A stretch of DNA of 64,000 nucleotides, from positions 8,000,001 to 8,064,000 of the forward strand of contig NC_045698.1 of the NCBI RefSeq assembly GCF_009834535.1, in the 5' to 3' direction. Source of the DNA: Camelus ferus. Taxonomy: Eukaryota. The notes beneath the pieces are model-generated. The model had not been told where the DNA came from and searched no databases. It saw only the letters and a list, made by a program, of their open reading frames with translations. Both the position numbers and the translations under genes were made by a program. Within the stretch, counting starts at the first letter, position 1, and each line of letters begins with the position of its first letter. This document shows, piece by piece, positions 26,896 to 40,572 of this stretch.

Positions 26896-27844
26896 TAACA
26901 ACAGTACAAAACTCTTTGATTCTGAGGAGTCCCTCTGAGTTTGCTCTGTGGCCCTGGGGCTCCTTGGAACAGTTTGGGAACAGCAGTAAATGCATGGCCC
27001 TTCCGTGAGCTGTAACGTAAACCTAATTAAAGAATTTTAGCATAATGAACAAATACTGAGGGGAAGGGGTGATCATGAACATAAGAATAGGAAGTTTATA
27101 TTGCAAGTTTAAATTTAGAATTTCAATTAAGAGACGCGGTAGGTAAGTTCAATGAACATAAACACTTATCATTTGGGAAAATACTGGTACTCATTTGTAA
27201 CAATTCTTCCTTTTGTGAGTATTTACAAAGTTATTATTTTATAGCCTTTAAAGACCTGAATCATAGCATTCCTTACTGATTCTTCATGTATTTAAAAGGT
27301 GCTTGCAACAGAATTTGCGGGAGATACCAACATTCAGAATTGCCTTTTCTCTTTTTCTCCTCTTTTTCTCTCTTGTTTTTTTCAAACCTAGCAAGACTAT
27401 ATGCAGTAAATGGACTCACAACGCTCACAAAAACATTCCACTGTAGTGGCAGTGGCTTTACTGAAAACATTCATTATATCTGGCGTGCTCTTCACTGTTT
27501 TCATCCCTGCACTTGATTTTCAGGGACCTCCTTCATACCCACTTCCTGCCTTTTCTCCAGGGTCTTTGTTGGACGCTGTGCACAATAAGGAATCACGTAA
27601 GGGACATGAGAGCCACGGGAAGCAAATGGGGTCAGTGATGTGAAAACTGCTCTCGGGTGAATGGAACAGGCACTCTCTCCCAATCTGACTGCGCTGCACT
27701 GATCAGAAATTGCATGAAGATAATGCTTTATCCACCACCTCCAGAGACAATGATAGATTTAATAACCACAGAGACTATCTCCTTACACAACATGACTTTA
27801 TAATAAGCACTGGCATGACTTCCCTTCGCACAAATAGAAGTCAA

Positions 27845-28075
27845 GGGAGTAAGAGCTGACGTTTACTGAGCACCTCTCGCATGCTCGGATCTGCTCGGGA
27901 CACCTCACCCTCTCTATGCTCACTGCATTCGTACCAGGGCGGTGCCATTAATAGCCTCATTTTACAGAGGATTTGAGCAATTTGCCTGAAGTCCCACAGA
28001 CAGTCAAGTGATGGGGCTGGAATAAAATTCAGGTAGAGTCCGTTCAGAGCCCACACTCTTAACCAGGATGCCCAA
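27845..28075 (-). mobile_element. MIR SINE
   Basis: Contains gacgtttactgagcacct...cctcattttacagagg...gcctgaagtcccacag...cagagcccacactcttaacca. Confidence 0.75.
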
Positions 28076-30512
28076 AGTTGATAGAAGGAAGCCCAAAGAG
28101 TCTCCCTGGGTTTTAAAGAGTCCATACCCTGTGCTCACCGCATGAAGCAGAGCCTAACCCACCCCTGGTTGTGGCTTTCAGGGATGATTAAGGAAACCGT
28201 AATTTGTCTGGCCACAAAGGAGTAATTTATTCATAGATGGTGTAAAGAACGTTGTTCTCATTTTGCAAAATAGAACGGAGCACACTCATTTTCTGGTGCT
28301 CTTCAGGGAGTGTTCGACTTCCATCTGAACAAGTATTAGAGGTGCTGGCTGTGCTCAGAGGCAAAATCTCAAAGAAGGCTTTCTTCCACTAGGTCACAGG
28401 GGACACACACTTCCTCCAGTTGTGAGAGCATTCAGACTCATACTACAGTGGGTGTGATGATGAAAAAGCAGAAGACTTGGTCTAGAGTTTTCTGTTTGTA
28501 AACCTCACACTTCCTCTGAGTTAGTAGAAGCAGGTGTCATCCTCCTTTGCAGATTTGAAAATACTTACGATTGATTACAATACTACGCTGATTTTGACAG
28601 CCCAGACAACCTGCAGAAGGCGCTACTTCAGGTGGGAAACACTGACAGTTCAGCTGAGTATTTCCATTTCTCAGAGTAGTGCCAAGTGGCTGGGGCTGTT
28701 GTTACAATTTGAAATTTGTCTTCTGAGTGATGCCAGAGCTCAAAGTTTAGGTATAAGTTTTGAATACCCTCCCTTCATCCCCTATTGTGTGTCAGCTACG
28801 GGTTTTTCTAAATATGCCTTGGCCTATTTATGTTCTGAGTCTCTGCAATATTGATGACTTTAAGTTGACTGCCTATTGTGTGATTTAATACTTCCTTTGT
28901 GGTTAAATAGAAGAAGAGAAAGAGGCTTGAATTAGCAACGGTCGGGGTGGGGTGGGGTCGAGGATGGAACAAAACTAAAATGTGGGCCCTTCCAACTGCA
29001 GGAAGGACTCCCAGGTCCGGCTTCTTCCTGCTACAGCCCAGCCTCCAGCTCTTTCAGAACATCATCCCCAGAGAGCAGACTCTGCATTTGCAGGCTTTGC
29101 ACACCCAGCCAGAACTTCAGTGGGGCAAGTATGTGACAAAAAGCATCTTTGGATTCTAGCTGTTTTTCTGTTTGTTTAGCAGCTGGGGAGATATCAGGTA
29201 TTCTTGGAAAAAGACTCTAAGAACTAAGATCACTGCAATTTTATAAAGAAAAATTCAGTCTTGTCTCAACTTGTCTGAAATGTAAAATCCATAAAATTAC
29301 CATGAACACGACGGTTCCCCAGTCTAGTAAGTAGGATGCGGATGAAAGGACGGGCAGGCACCGTGATCCCAGAAGAACACAAATATTTATAAGGGACTGT
29401 TTCTTGATTAACTGTTGAGGAGAGTATTACCTCAAATAAGAGAGAAGTTATTAAGTTCTTCCCTCTCTCCCAACACGCAGTATCCAATCAGACATGGGAA
29501 CTGTAAATCCGACTTCCGTAACAGTCCCATTGCTGGAGCCGTGGTCCACAGCCTCATTACCTCTTGCTTTGAAAACTGTGCTGTTTCTTAATGGGCTCCC
29601 CCGCGCCAGGCTGGAGCCCCAGTCTACCCAGCACACCACCACTGTGTGCTGTAGAAATGGTAGAAGTCCAGTGTTTCTAAAGGCAAACCTGGACATCTCA
29701 CTGAATTTCTAGAAACTCTCCCATTGCATTCCACCACTCACAGGACTTTGCTCCAGAAAGGGCCCCGTACCCGGGCCCCTGTCGCCTCCCCTTCCTACAC
29801 TTTGCAGTTCCCTGCTCAGGCCTGGCAGTGTCACTTTTTCCATTGCTAACCTGGCCCATTTCCCACCTGCCTGGCAAACACAACTCTGCATAAGCAATAG
29901 CGCCTGTAAAGCCCTCGTCTGAAGACACACAAGTTGACAGCGTCTCTAAGTGATATCGGAGTGTTAGTACAGGTACTGGAAATGTCACCTGTGGGTCACA
30001 TCTCTATGGGGAGGACAGTCTCCAGTTCTTGCCACCACGGACATTCCCCTGGCTTCTCTTGAGGCAAACGAGCAGAATGTGCAGCACGTGTCGCACTGAA
30101 ATTTTACACTCCTCTGTGCAACGGGTTAATGACGGTTTTCTTCACCAGAGACGTAAACTCCAGTAAGCAGGGGTCGTGGTATTTCTAACTCAGTACACTC
30201 TTCCAGGGCCTGGCACACTGGCTGATCAGTAGTAGGCACTCAGTGAACAAATGAAACTATTCCAAGCTAGATGCAACTCAAAGACAAGCAGGGACCATGA
30301 CGGAAAGCATGCATGCAAACATCACCTAAGTGCTGGCTTACAAGTTGCCCCTGGCTTATTACCATACCTCCCTGACCCCGTTCCTTCCTTCCTCACTGAA
30401 TATTTACCGAGTGTCAGCGAGGCACAGTGAATCCTGTAAGATCGCTGGCCCCAAGCTTCTGTCTGCGGGGCTGAGGGTGGAGGTAGGAGGGAGAAGGCAC
30501 CAGGGTAAGGCC

Positions 30513-31518
30513 GGATCACTCCACCTTGGCCCCATGGACTTTTCGGGGGTTGGATAATTCTGGGTTGGAGACGGGAGGGGCTTCCTCGTATTGTAAGATG
30601 TTCTGCAACATCCTTGGCCTCTACCGACTAGATGCCGCTACAGGTACTTCAGCAAGAAGCTGTTGGCTGGAAGGAGGTCTTCGCAGGAGACCCCTTTTGT
30701 CTCGTCACTAACCTTAAACCAGGCGCCCCCATGCCCTACTCAGCTCTGGCCCAAGCGCACCTTGCAGATCTTTTGATCACACACTACCTTGCCTAACCTG
30801 TTGGTGTTTTCTGTAGATCAAAGAAGCAGAAATGGAGAATAAGTAACAGATGACCGGGTCTCTTCCCTAGCCTCCCCCTCAGTAATCCTGCAAACAAACC
30901 GTGTGAACAGACAGCATCTAAGGAAAATTCACGAGGAACTGACAAGCCTGCCCAGCAGTGGGGGATGACACGGACTCTGACTTCCTATCCCCGTGATTAA
31001 CTGAGATCACGTCCCCATTTTCCCTTTAAAGCCTTCATGGCTGAGCAGAATCTGCAGAGATGGTCTTTGGGGAACAGAGTCCACCGCCTCCCCGGATTGC
31101 CGGCATTCTGATGAAAAGCAACTTTCCACGCTATCAGCACTGTCTGTCGAGTACTGCTCTTTGAGCGTGAGCAGTTGAACCCGAGTTCGGGAGCACTATC
31201 TCCCACTTCTTCAAAGTTTGCTTTACGCCACTTTGCTTGCAGGAGAGACCTCTATTAGTATCTGTTTTCACTAACTGAAAGAAATTTGAAGTGGATTTCC
31301 CCTTCTACAAAAAAAGGCAAAAATTGAAAATTGCTTCTTTCCTAATTTACGCCATTTTGGCTTCTGAAAGGTTTCATAGGAATACTTTATGTTGTGCTAT
31401 TGGGAGAAACATGTAGTATCTCCCTCCAGTTGTGACAACCCAAAGTGTCTCCAGAGATCGCGAAATATCCTGGGGGTGGGGGTGCAAAATCGCCCCCTGT
31501 TGAGAACCCCTGGTGTAA
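30513..31518 (+). mobile_element. Nested cluster: MER20-like host containing a Tigger-like element and an ERV1 LTR
   Basis: MER20 5' half (30513-30640) and 3' half (about 31415-31518) are separated by TA|CAGGT...CATG|TA. An LTR related to copies A/B occupies about 30662-31195. Confidence 0.6.
30662..31195 (+). mobile_element. ERV1-class LTR, distant relative of copies A/B
   Basis: The 3' part ccctttaaagcc...aagcaactttcc...gagtactgctctttgagcgtgagcag...gagttcgggagca parallels the 3' ends of 9941-10633 and 17809-18471. Confidence 0.6.
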
Positions 31519-31811
31519 GGGCTGTTTTTGATGCCACCAGAGAAAGGCCACAGGAAACTCATCGGCTCTGGTCATATGGCAAAGGTGTCTGCCAACTCCT
31601 TTCCTCCTGATAATGTCACCAAAAGACAGGGTAGGTTTCCTGTATTGGGTCTCAGTGAGTTCTGGTCTAGAATTTGGAGGAAAGAGTGGCAGAGGGTCTA
31701 TAATAATTACCTCTTTTAACTTTGGTTCAGGCGCCTAAGTAAAGGAATAGCCATCAGCCCTGCAGGAGGCGCAGAGAAACGCGTGTGACAGGTGGCAGGT
31801 GGAGAAGAGGC

Positions 31812-32252
31812 TGTGAATGAAAAATACTGCCAGTCACATCAGTAAACAAAGGATGCTGAGGCCATCAAGTCGTCAGCCACTACCGCCACCTGGCAACAGT
31901 GCCCCTCTAGGGGAACTCAGGATGAGAAAGAACATGACACTGGACCTACGTAGCTAATGTGCACATCAAAGGAATGGTTTCAGTGAGTCCAGACTCTTGC
32001 ATCTTCCCATACACAGAAAAGCATCCTTAACTTGAGATGTCTGGCTTTCTTTAATTACGAGTAATCTTCCAATGTTCCGACTACTTGGTCTTTGTTGCAA
32101 AAACCCCTGTGTATTCTGGCTCCTCCACTACCTCTTCGGAGAAGTCCCTTAGAGCCATCTGAGAGGCCGCCTATCGGGCTGAGCCCTCGGGAAGTTTGCC
32201 GAAGGAAACAGAACTCTCACTTTTTAGGTTGTGCATGCTTTTTCAGCGGACA
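31812..32252 (+). mobile_element. ERV1-class solo LTR
   Basis: TGTGAATG...GGACA termini with LTR-type motifs cttagagccatctgagaggc and aactctcactttttaggttgtgc. Confidence 0.65.
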
Positions 32253-33580
32253 GGACGTTCCAGGAGGTCATCAGCCACCCGAGCAGCAGCCTGATGGCTG
32301 ACAGGCCGTCTGGAGCACATTGTGCCTTCTTATATGCTCAATAAAACTGTGGGGTGAAGGGACGGCTACTGTACACTGGTTCCTTACAGGTACCTCTGTA
32401 ATCTGCACACATACTTGCAAGAAAAGTTGTCGAGGAGTCCCTGTCCTAAATCACTCTTCTCACGCATCTTATCATCGTCATTCTCTTGTTACCCTGCCAG
32501 ACCGTCCTCCATCAAGGAATAGAGCTGGGTAGCATTTTCAATCGTTATATTCCTGGGGGAATAATGCTCTTCAACTGATCTGGTGTCTCACTCACGCTTA
32601 GATTTCATTGAAAGTCAGATCCTTTCAGCACCGCGTCCACGGGCACCATGATGGCAGGAAGCCAGCCTGGAACCTCAGGCTTAATGGATTTCCTATAATA
32701 AGCCCCAGACATCAGAGCAGCGCAAAGCCCTTCCCATCAGGGATCCCGGCATATGCTGCGTGTAACCAGGGCCACAGGCACGGCAGGCGACAGACACACA
32801 TGCTCCAGAGGGGTTGCAGGGCGGGGAAAGCCGAAAGCAATTGGAAGGTTGGCTCAGACCCTGCTCTCCTTAACTTTCTCTCCCTGGAAACACAGTGGCT
32901 TCCATCTGGTCACCCAAAGCCCTTTAAAACATTAACTTGTCAGCACTGTACAAGAAGTGTCTGCTCACACACTGACTGAGCAGGTGAATTATTCAAGGAC
33001 ACACAGAAAAATCTTAAAGAAGTTGAAAAAGACTTCCATGTTCTAATTCGTCCTCCAAGGCAAGAGAATCTGGTAATCATCTCATCCTTATTAAAATAAA
33101 ATCACCCAATCTTGGTAAGGTTCACTTTTTATCCACTCTTCATTTTTCACACACACAAAATTTTTTTTTTAATTTTAATTGAAGAGGGTACATGAAACAC
33201 TAAGTGGTTTTTTTCATCTTTGGAGTTGAAGAAGGTCATTGTATCTGAGGTAAGGAATATAAAAAGAAAGAAAATAATCTTCACCATGATCAAGGGAAAA
33301 AGCAGTCATGCTTCTGAAGTTGTGGAAATTCAAAACATAATAAAAAAACCCCAAGAATTTTGGTTCTTTTAAACAGCAGTCCTATTTTTAGATTTCATAA
33401 GGTTTGGACCGAGGTGCTTTTAATCAGGAAAGGTCTGTATGCTCTCTATTTTATTTACTGTTTTTTACTTCTGGTATTATTCTGAACACAAAAAGCCAGC
33501 CAATTAGAAGACTCCTGTGTCTTTCTTCTGTTTTTCGTTTATCTCCACTATCTGAACCACTGTATCCTTTTCATAGACAT

Positions 33581-33722
33581 TGTGAAGGTGAGTTTTATAA
33601 GTCAACCTGGCTCCAGTACCCAGTTACTTATTTAAACACGAATTTAGGTGTCACCCTGAAGACAGTTTATAGACGAGGTTAACACTTACAACCAGTTGAC
33701 TCTAAGTAAAGGAGATTACCCT
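33581..33722 (+). mobile_element. ERVL LTR (MLT2-like), 5' part, interrupted by the provirus
   Basis: tgtgaaggtgagttttataagtcaacctggc...agttgactctaagtaaaggagattaccct; continues at 40573. Confidence 0.78.
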
Positions 33723-35198
33723 TTTTGGGACTCATGGCAGGCCACCCCAAAATATGCCAAAGTGGCATATTTATTATTTCGAATTAAAATTACTTAAGAA
33801 ACAGTCAGTGCAGGAAAGACACCTTGACTCTGCCCTCTGTCTCCCTGAAAATAGGAAATAAATCTCCCCATGTAAAGGTTCCCTCTCTGTACTAGAGGTA
33901 GAGAGATGTCCTTATCACCAGAGATAGAAAGTTCACAGTCAAGAAGCCTGAATAAACAAGTCTTGTTACTTCTTCACTAATTTACTAACCCAAGCCCAGA
34001 CTTCTTTGTCTTGTCAGCTCTTCACAAATTGATTGTTTCTTTGTCTAGGAAATACAAACACTGTCTGCTTTGGCCACGTCTTGTGTTCCATGATATGTAC
34101 AAATTAATTTTTGATTTGATTTTGATTTTTTTCTTTTGTTACTCTGTCTTGAGTCAATTTAATTATCTGACCAGCCAAAAGAACTCAAGAATTTCCCCTC
34201 TCTGACCACTGCATGGTCAGCAGGAGACCGGCTGGACCCCCTGACTCCGCCCCAGCTGAGAGATCCTGGGACATCTGACAACGACCTGCAGAAGATAAGA
34301 CTTCTTACCATGTTGGCCTCCCAGATCCCTGCCTGCAGGTCCAGTGAAGGTGGTAAGGATCTTTCTTCTCTCTTTCTAAACTCAGATTAGCAAGAGAAAA
34401 CATTTGTGGGATTAGTTCCCTAGACGTAGCCAGTCTGGCATTGAACGTTTCCCTCCTAGAGATGGTCACTGCTTTCTTCGTCTTTGGTGTCATGTGTCAT
34501 AAGAAGGAAGAACCACAGGTCAGAACAGCAGGCAACAGCCCTAAAAGTCTGCTGTTCAAGCTGGCCTTACAGACTGGTGCATTTATGATTCTCACTAGAC
34601 CAGCATCGACTTAGACAAACTTTGCTGTGGGTTCCCTATGTAAAAAAACCAGGTGAGCTTTTTCCTCTCATCTTGTTCAAAATGTCCTGGGAGATTGGCG
34701 TTATGACCAGTGAAAATATTCTCCCTGGTCTCTTCCATCTGGAGGGTGCGTTCACCAGGACGCACTTTGCGGCCAGGCAGATAGACAAGGTTTTGAGACA
34801 TGACGTCAGAAAAAGCACTCTCTTTGTCTAGCTGTGCCAGTTCTCAAGGGCATTTGTCATAAGGGGTCCCAGACCATAAGGGGCCTTTGTTGTCTTAACC
34901 GGCATTGCTTTGTGAATGCTGGAAAAATCCCATTCCAGTAGCTCCTGCCAGGGTTTGTGTCTGGAGGTGTCTCAGTTCTCAGGAGAAACCGGTGACACCA
35001 TTTTCACTATCCCCGTTCTTACCATCCGTGACAATGAAGGGCTTTTACTTTCGTAGATTAACTCTGAGAGTAAACTTCCTGGGTCTTGTGAGGACAGCAC
35101 CCTCTTTAGCGAGACACTGCTTGTGTCTCTAGCTAAGCCATAAAAACGCTGATTGGTTGAGTTGCTATATGAGGTTAATTTAAGATCCTACTTGTCAA

Positions 35199-35639
35199 TG
35201 GCCAGATGATGGATCCTTTGAATTGGATATATTAAAAAGAAAACATTTATTCGAGAGCTGTTACCCTAAAACCAAATTAAAATGTGGATTTTATATACAC
35301 ACACACATGTAAAATGGCTGGCCATAGGGGTCCCCTAACAAGAAGAAAGAACAGAAATTATGTTTAAAACAAAAAAATCCAGTGTGAATTCCCCTTCTAA
35401 AAAACTGCCCCATCTCCTCAGCAATTCCCCCAGGCCCTGCTACAAATAATCAGGAAATGCATCAGCTGGAAGCCAATATTCCAGGGCTAATAGAAGCACC
35501 TGTCTTTGTCTTGCAAATCTCTGCAAAACCAGAAATGCAAGTTTAAAGCACATCTATTGTTACCAATCCCCAAACCCTGCCTGCGCCTCAACATGCTTGT
35601 GGATATTGTAAAAGTTCAAGATATTGAGAACAAAATTGT
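35199..35639 (+). pseudogene. Degenerate gammaretrovirus-like gag remnants (MA motif and NC zinc knuckle)
   Basis: 35199-35237 translates WPDDGSFELDILK (compare MLV MA WPQDGTFNL). 35598-35639 translates CGYCKSSRY*EQNC (compare MLV NC CAYCKEKGHWAKDC). Confidence 0.65.
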
Positions 35640-37103
35640 ACTTCACCAGAAAAAAGAAATAGTAATTCCCCTAAGAATTCTGGAAGTAGATAAATATGTT
35701 CCAACACTCACAGGAGAAAACATATTTTCTTCCTCTGTCCCTTGATGGTGTAAATCTTACCCTGTGTTTAAAAATGTAAAAACAGCTTACAATCACCTGA
35801 GAAGGAAAGAAAAAAGGGGAAAAAAGCCTTTTTAAACACAAACTGAACTGCTGAAGTGCTCTCGTGCTCAAACTCTAAACCACAGCCTCCTCGAGACTGC
35901 GCGTCAAGGGCAAATACAAATCTTAAGTCTTCTCCACAAATAGTAAAAGAGTTTAGCCATCTCAATGAGTAAATTTAGTTTATTCCAAGTGTTCCTTACA
36001 AATAAATGAATTTTATTTTGTACCTGATTCATGGCTAAAATTTTTAAATGAAAGTTAAGAGATCTCAGGTTGTGTCTGTCCGTGTGTCTACTTACATACA
36101 TTTGAGGTATGGTGTTTTTTCTACCTTCAGATGGTATTGCCAAAATTATTTTGTAAAAGAGCTTTATTTAATTGGCTTAAAAGCAAAGAGGCACTAAATG
36201 AAAGAGAAACTAACCCAAATGCTTTTCAAGTTCACATGTTCTAAGGTCAATCTTTAGTAAATTGAAGCTAGTTTAAGGATGTTGGTTTAATTAAAACAGG
36301 TATACTTTTAAAATTATCAGCAATGAATATAATGCAAACAGGCACCTTTTATGATACTTGAGTTTATTAATCATATAAGTTCACGTTACAAAATTGGTCA
36401 GCACAAACAGTAACTTGGTATGATGAAACGTTCATAAGTAATCTAAAGCTAACTGTTGAGGACAAATTAAATAGATGTAAGTAGGATAAAGATTTTTAGG
36501 TGAACTTTTAAAAATGACTGTTTCATGTTTTATTTGGGTGATTAGTTTTAAGACTACTTAAGATTCAAAACTACTTAAAAGTAGTCACCCAAATCTCTTT
36601 GACAACTTACACTATTAGAAATTTTGATAAGTTAAATTAAATGACAGAATTCCATTGACTATCTAGATCATTTTTAAAAAAGATAAAATACTGTAACATT
36701 AATTCCTCAACATAGATTTATCTACTTTTGGCTCCCTCTCACAGAAGAAATAAACATGTTTGGATCTGTTAGTAAACATGTTTTATGACACTAAAAATTT
36801 TTCCATAAGAAAGGACATGTTTCTACAAATTATAAAGAGTATTTATGTTTGCTAATCCACAGAATGTTAGGGTAAAAGATACTTCATAATTGTTTGCTTT
36901 TTAATTTTCACTAGAAATTAAAGGTTTTTAAGGGTTAAAAAATTCTAATATATGTCATTAAAGCTCCTAGAAATAATAAGGGAGACAATTCTGTATGCAA
37001 GGAAAATAAAATATATTTTGGGATAAGAAAAGGTATGAGGTAAGCAGATACATTTTGCTGAGCAAAAAGAAAGTAATAAAGCTGGTTATTTTAAGAATGA
37101 GAA

Positions 37104-37417
37104 TCTGCAAATCCCAAACTCCCAATTTATCGCTCCACACCTCCCCCTTTCAGCCCTGGTAACCACAAGTTTGTTTTCTACATTTGTGAGTCTGTGTCTG
37201 ATATTAACTACTATATATAAAATACATAAATAACAAGGTCCTGCTGTATAGCACAGGGAACTATATTCAATACCTTGTAAAAGCCTATAATAAAAAAGAA
37301 TACAGAAAGGAGTACATATGTATATATGTATAACTGAATCACTATGCTATACACCAGAAATTACCACAATGTTGTAAACTGACAATGCATCAATAAAGAT
37401 AAATATTAAAAAAAAAG
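37104..37417 (+). mobile_element. 5'-inverted (twin-primed) L1 3' end inside the provirus
   Basis: 37104-37200 is L1 3' UTR in reverse. 37201-37417 is the adjacent 3' UTR in forward orientation with AATAAA and an A tail. TSD AAGAATGAGAA (37093-37103) / AAGAATGGGAA (37418-37428). Confidence 0.88.
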
Positions 37418-40400
37418 AAGAATGGGAAAAAGAACAAGGGACAAACTAAAAAGACATAGAAAGTTAAAGAAGGTTTATGGAAAAGGAATCTTGGGGAAGG
37501 AATTTTATATGTGATCAAGCTGGATAAGATTAAATGAATTTGTTATAAGGGTTTTAAAAATAAGTTACTATCAGTAGGTTGTTATGTAAAAGTGGAATTT
37601 AATTTTTTTATCTGCAGAAGGGACAAAGTTTGTTCGGACTATTGGTCTGCTCCTGACAAGCAATTATAAAGGTTTTCTTTACCTTTTAATGTAATCTGCC
37701 TATAAACAAAACAAAACAAAAACAAAGATTCTATGTTTTATCAAAATGATTTTCTGTGTTTGCTGTCTTAGTCAAGCCTTTGATTACATTAGTACCAAGC
37801 CTTTTCAATACTAAAAGAGCTAAGGCTTTTTGCAACTATTTAACTTTCTGAATTTTCCTAGGATGTCTTTGTCACTTTAGTTAATAGATAACTAAGCATT
37901 GTTTCACAGTCATTTTTGATCCTATTTGACCAACTGCTTTAAAGCCTTTTGATATTTTGACAAACTTCCCCAAATCAAATTCTAATTTAACTCTTACTAA
38001 CTTGAAAATAACTTTGGGTTTTCCAGAGGGCCCCTGGAACATTTATAAAATTTTGTTTTCTTTCCTTATAATATAAAAAAGTTAGATGTATTATAAATTA
38101 ATTAGGTTTACTTGGCATGTTAAATTACATGGGAAACATTGTCATATAATAAACCTTCTTAGATTATATTGTATGGGTAGATGTTATTAATGTGAATGTT
38201 CTATAAATTGTATAAAACTCCTAAAATTTGTATATGTTCTGGTATAATGTTATCATTTATAATTCTAGTCATTATCTTAGATATTGTATGTCATAGAAAT
38301 AACCAAATTTCCTTGTCAGTTCCCTCATAAGGAATCAGATCTTTAATAATGGATAGTTTAAAGTCTTTTATTACGTATAGTTACCGTTTTGCTGAGATGC
38401 TTTTGCAAAAGCTTCTTGCAAATGTATTTCATCTTCAGAGAAATTCACAAGAATGGATCTAAGAAGTACTCTAGAATACACATTTTTGATAACTTTCAAA
38501 TAATACTACTGAACTGGGTAAAAATTCACAAAACCTTAATTTAAAAAAAAAAACCTTATGGCTTCATAAAACTTCTAACAAAATAACAAGCAAAAGAAGA
38601 ATAATTACATGGGACTGAATGAACTGATGAGGATGATTATAACTTTTTATGTTTTTTTAATTTGAAACTGCTGATTTTGTTTTATTTTGCTTTGTTTTCC
38701 CAGATTTAAATAAATTTTCTTCTCTTTTCTCTGAAACTATGACTTAGAGCAATTTGGTAAATTATACCGTTGTAAAAGGAATAGGCACAGTTATCTTTTT
38801 CCCCCTATCTGATCCCTCTAAAATTTGGAAAGTCTCAGGGAGTGTTCTTATTTTCTTGGCAATACTGTTATTTACATAAATTCTATAAAAATCCATTCTC
38901 CTTAGAACACAGTTGGAGACTGGTTATATTACCAAAGTTTTGACTAGAATGTCATATTTGAGAGAGATATACATAGATTGAGATATGATCAGACAGCTTC
39001 AAGAAATTAAGTCTGGGTTTATGAAACCAATAAAGCCCCTTGCAAAATTGGCCCGGTATCTTGCTTACAGGGTTCCCAGCAGCCTTACTAGGTCACTAGG
39101 GAAGGTCACTTCCTGGCAGGCTCAGGAAACTCAGGCTATTTTAGAAACCTCAAGAAGAAAGGAATTCACTCAAATCTGTAGGCATTGCAGGCAAAGTCAG
39201 ATGGCAAATGTTTGGCTTGATTTCTTACCTTTAAGAGGTTATTAAAAGTTCAACCTGGAGATTTTTTATGGAAAGTTTTAGCAAAACAAATGTAAAAGAG
39301 TCTGTATGATCAATTGTTATTCGTACTGCACTTATGTAAATACTCAGGCCAAGTGTATTGGATCTCGACTTATTTTGCAAACAAATTGTCTTACATTTGG
39401 CTATCTTTGGTAAAAATGGATGTGACTTTAAAGAAAAAAATTATGTTTCAATAGAAACAATAATATACACTTGTGGATATTAGATTCTAGTTCTATTAAA
39501 CATCTTTGAAATTTTGTTTTCCACCTGTAAACTGGACTGGATCATGAATTCTAGTTTCCTCCCGTATTTGGCTACAACTCTCTAATTAACATTTCCAGTT
39601 TTTTCTCCCATCCTTTTAACCTGGAATCACTGAGAACTAAGACTGCACTTTTTCCTGATGTCCTATAAACGTGAAGCTAGATGACTTCATTTAAATCCTC
39701 AGAGAAGTTGCCACAATAGCGTATGTGCAAACTCTCTTCTTTGTGCCGGTTGCTATGTGAGCCACTCAGAAGTTTGCCTGAACACCTGATGACATCATCA
39801 GAGACATTTCACTCTGCAAAAGATGCTTTGATCTTGACATCTAGAAATCTCTTGTCTAGCTGCCTCTTAGGCTCAGAAACTGGAGCAGAGTCTGATTGGA
39901 GCTCCAATCATTAACCTTTGTTTTCTTCTGTTTCCACAGATATGTCTCTATTAAATAACTGATGCTTGTGTAATATATTCGACCTGCATCATCGCCTCCT
40001 GAAATGACCTGAACTGACCTACTCTCTAGACTAGGAAAGGGATACAATGAAATAATAGAGCACTGAACCAGCTCAGCTTTCAATATGTGGGACTTCCAAC
40101 AACAGTTCAGAGGAGGGAACTATTGGGGCTCAGGGCAAGCTGCCCCCTAATATGCTAAAGTGGCATATTGATTATTTTGAACTAGAATTACTTAAGAAAC
40201 AGTGCCAGAAGGACACTCTGCCCTTCCCCTCTGTCTCCCTGAAAGTAGGAAATAAACCCCTCTCTCTGCATCAGCGGGTAGAGAGAAAGGGAACTGAGGG
40301 CTGAGAAGCCTGTATAAACAAATCTTGTTACTTCTTCACTAATTTACGACCCCAAGCCCAAACTTGTCATTCTTCACAGATTTATTGTTTCTTTGTCTAA

Positions 40401-40572
40401 AAAATATAAAAATTGCCTGCTTTGGCCACTTCTTGAGTTCCTTATCTATGAGACTTCCATAGTCCAAATTATTATTTTTTTTCCTCCTGTTAATCTGTCT
40501 TGTGTCAATTTAATTACTAGATTAGCCAAAAGAACTGAAGAAGGATAGAAGAAATTTTTCTCCTTTCCGGCA

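Larger units (their letters stand above)
33723..40572 (+). mobile_element. Two-LTR ERV1 provirus (MER34/MER4-group-like, non-autonomous)
   Basis: The 5' LTR (33723 to about 34208) and 3' LTR (40121-40572) are homologous. A polypurine tract AGAGGAGGGAAC precedes the 3' LTR. A perfect 4-bp TSD CCCT lies at 33719-33722 and 40573-40576. Gag MA and NC remnants are present; the interior is AT-rich with no pol ORF. Confidence 0.9.

Noticed and set aside
32624..32644. REST/RE1 site
   Set aside because: The left half TTCAGCACC is perfect, but the critical GGACAG half reads GTCCAC.
34209..34230. Primer-binding site of the provirus (tRNA-Arg-like)
   Set aside because: TGGTCAGCAGGAG resembles a PBS but is too degenerate to assign a tRNA by eye.
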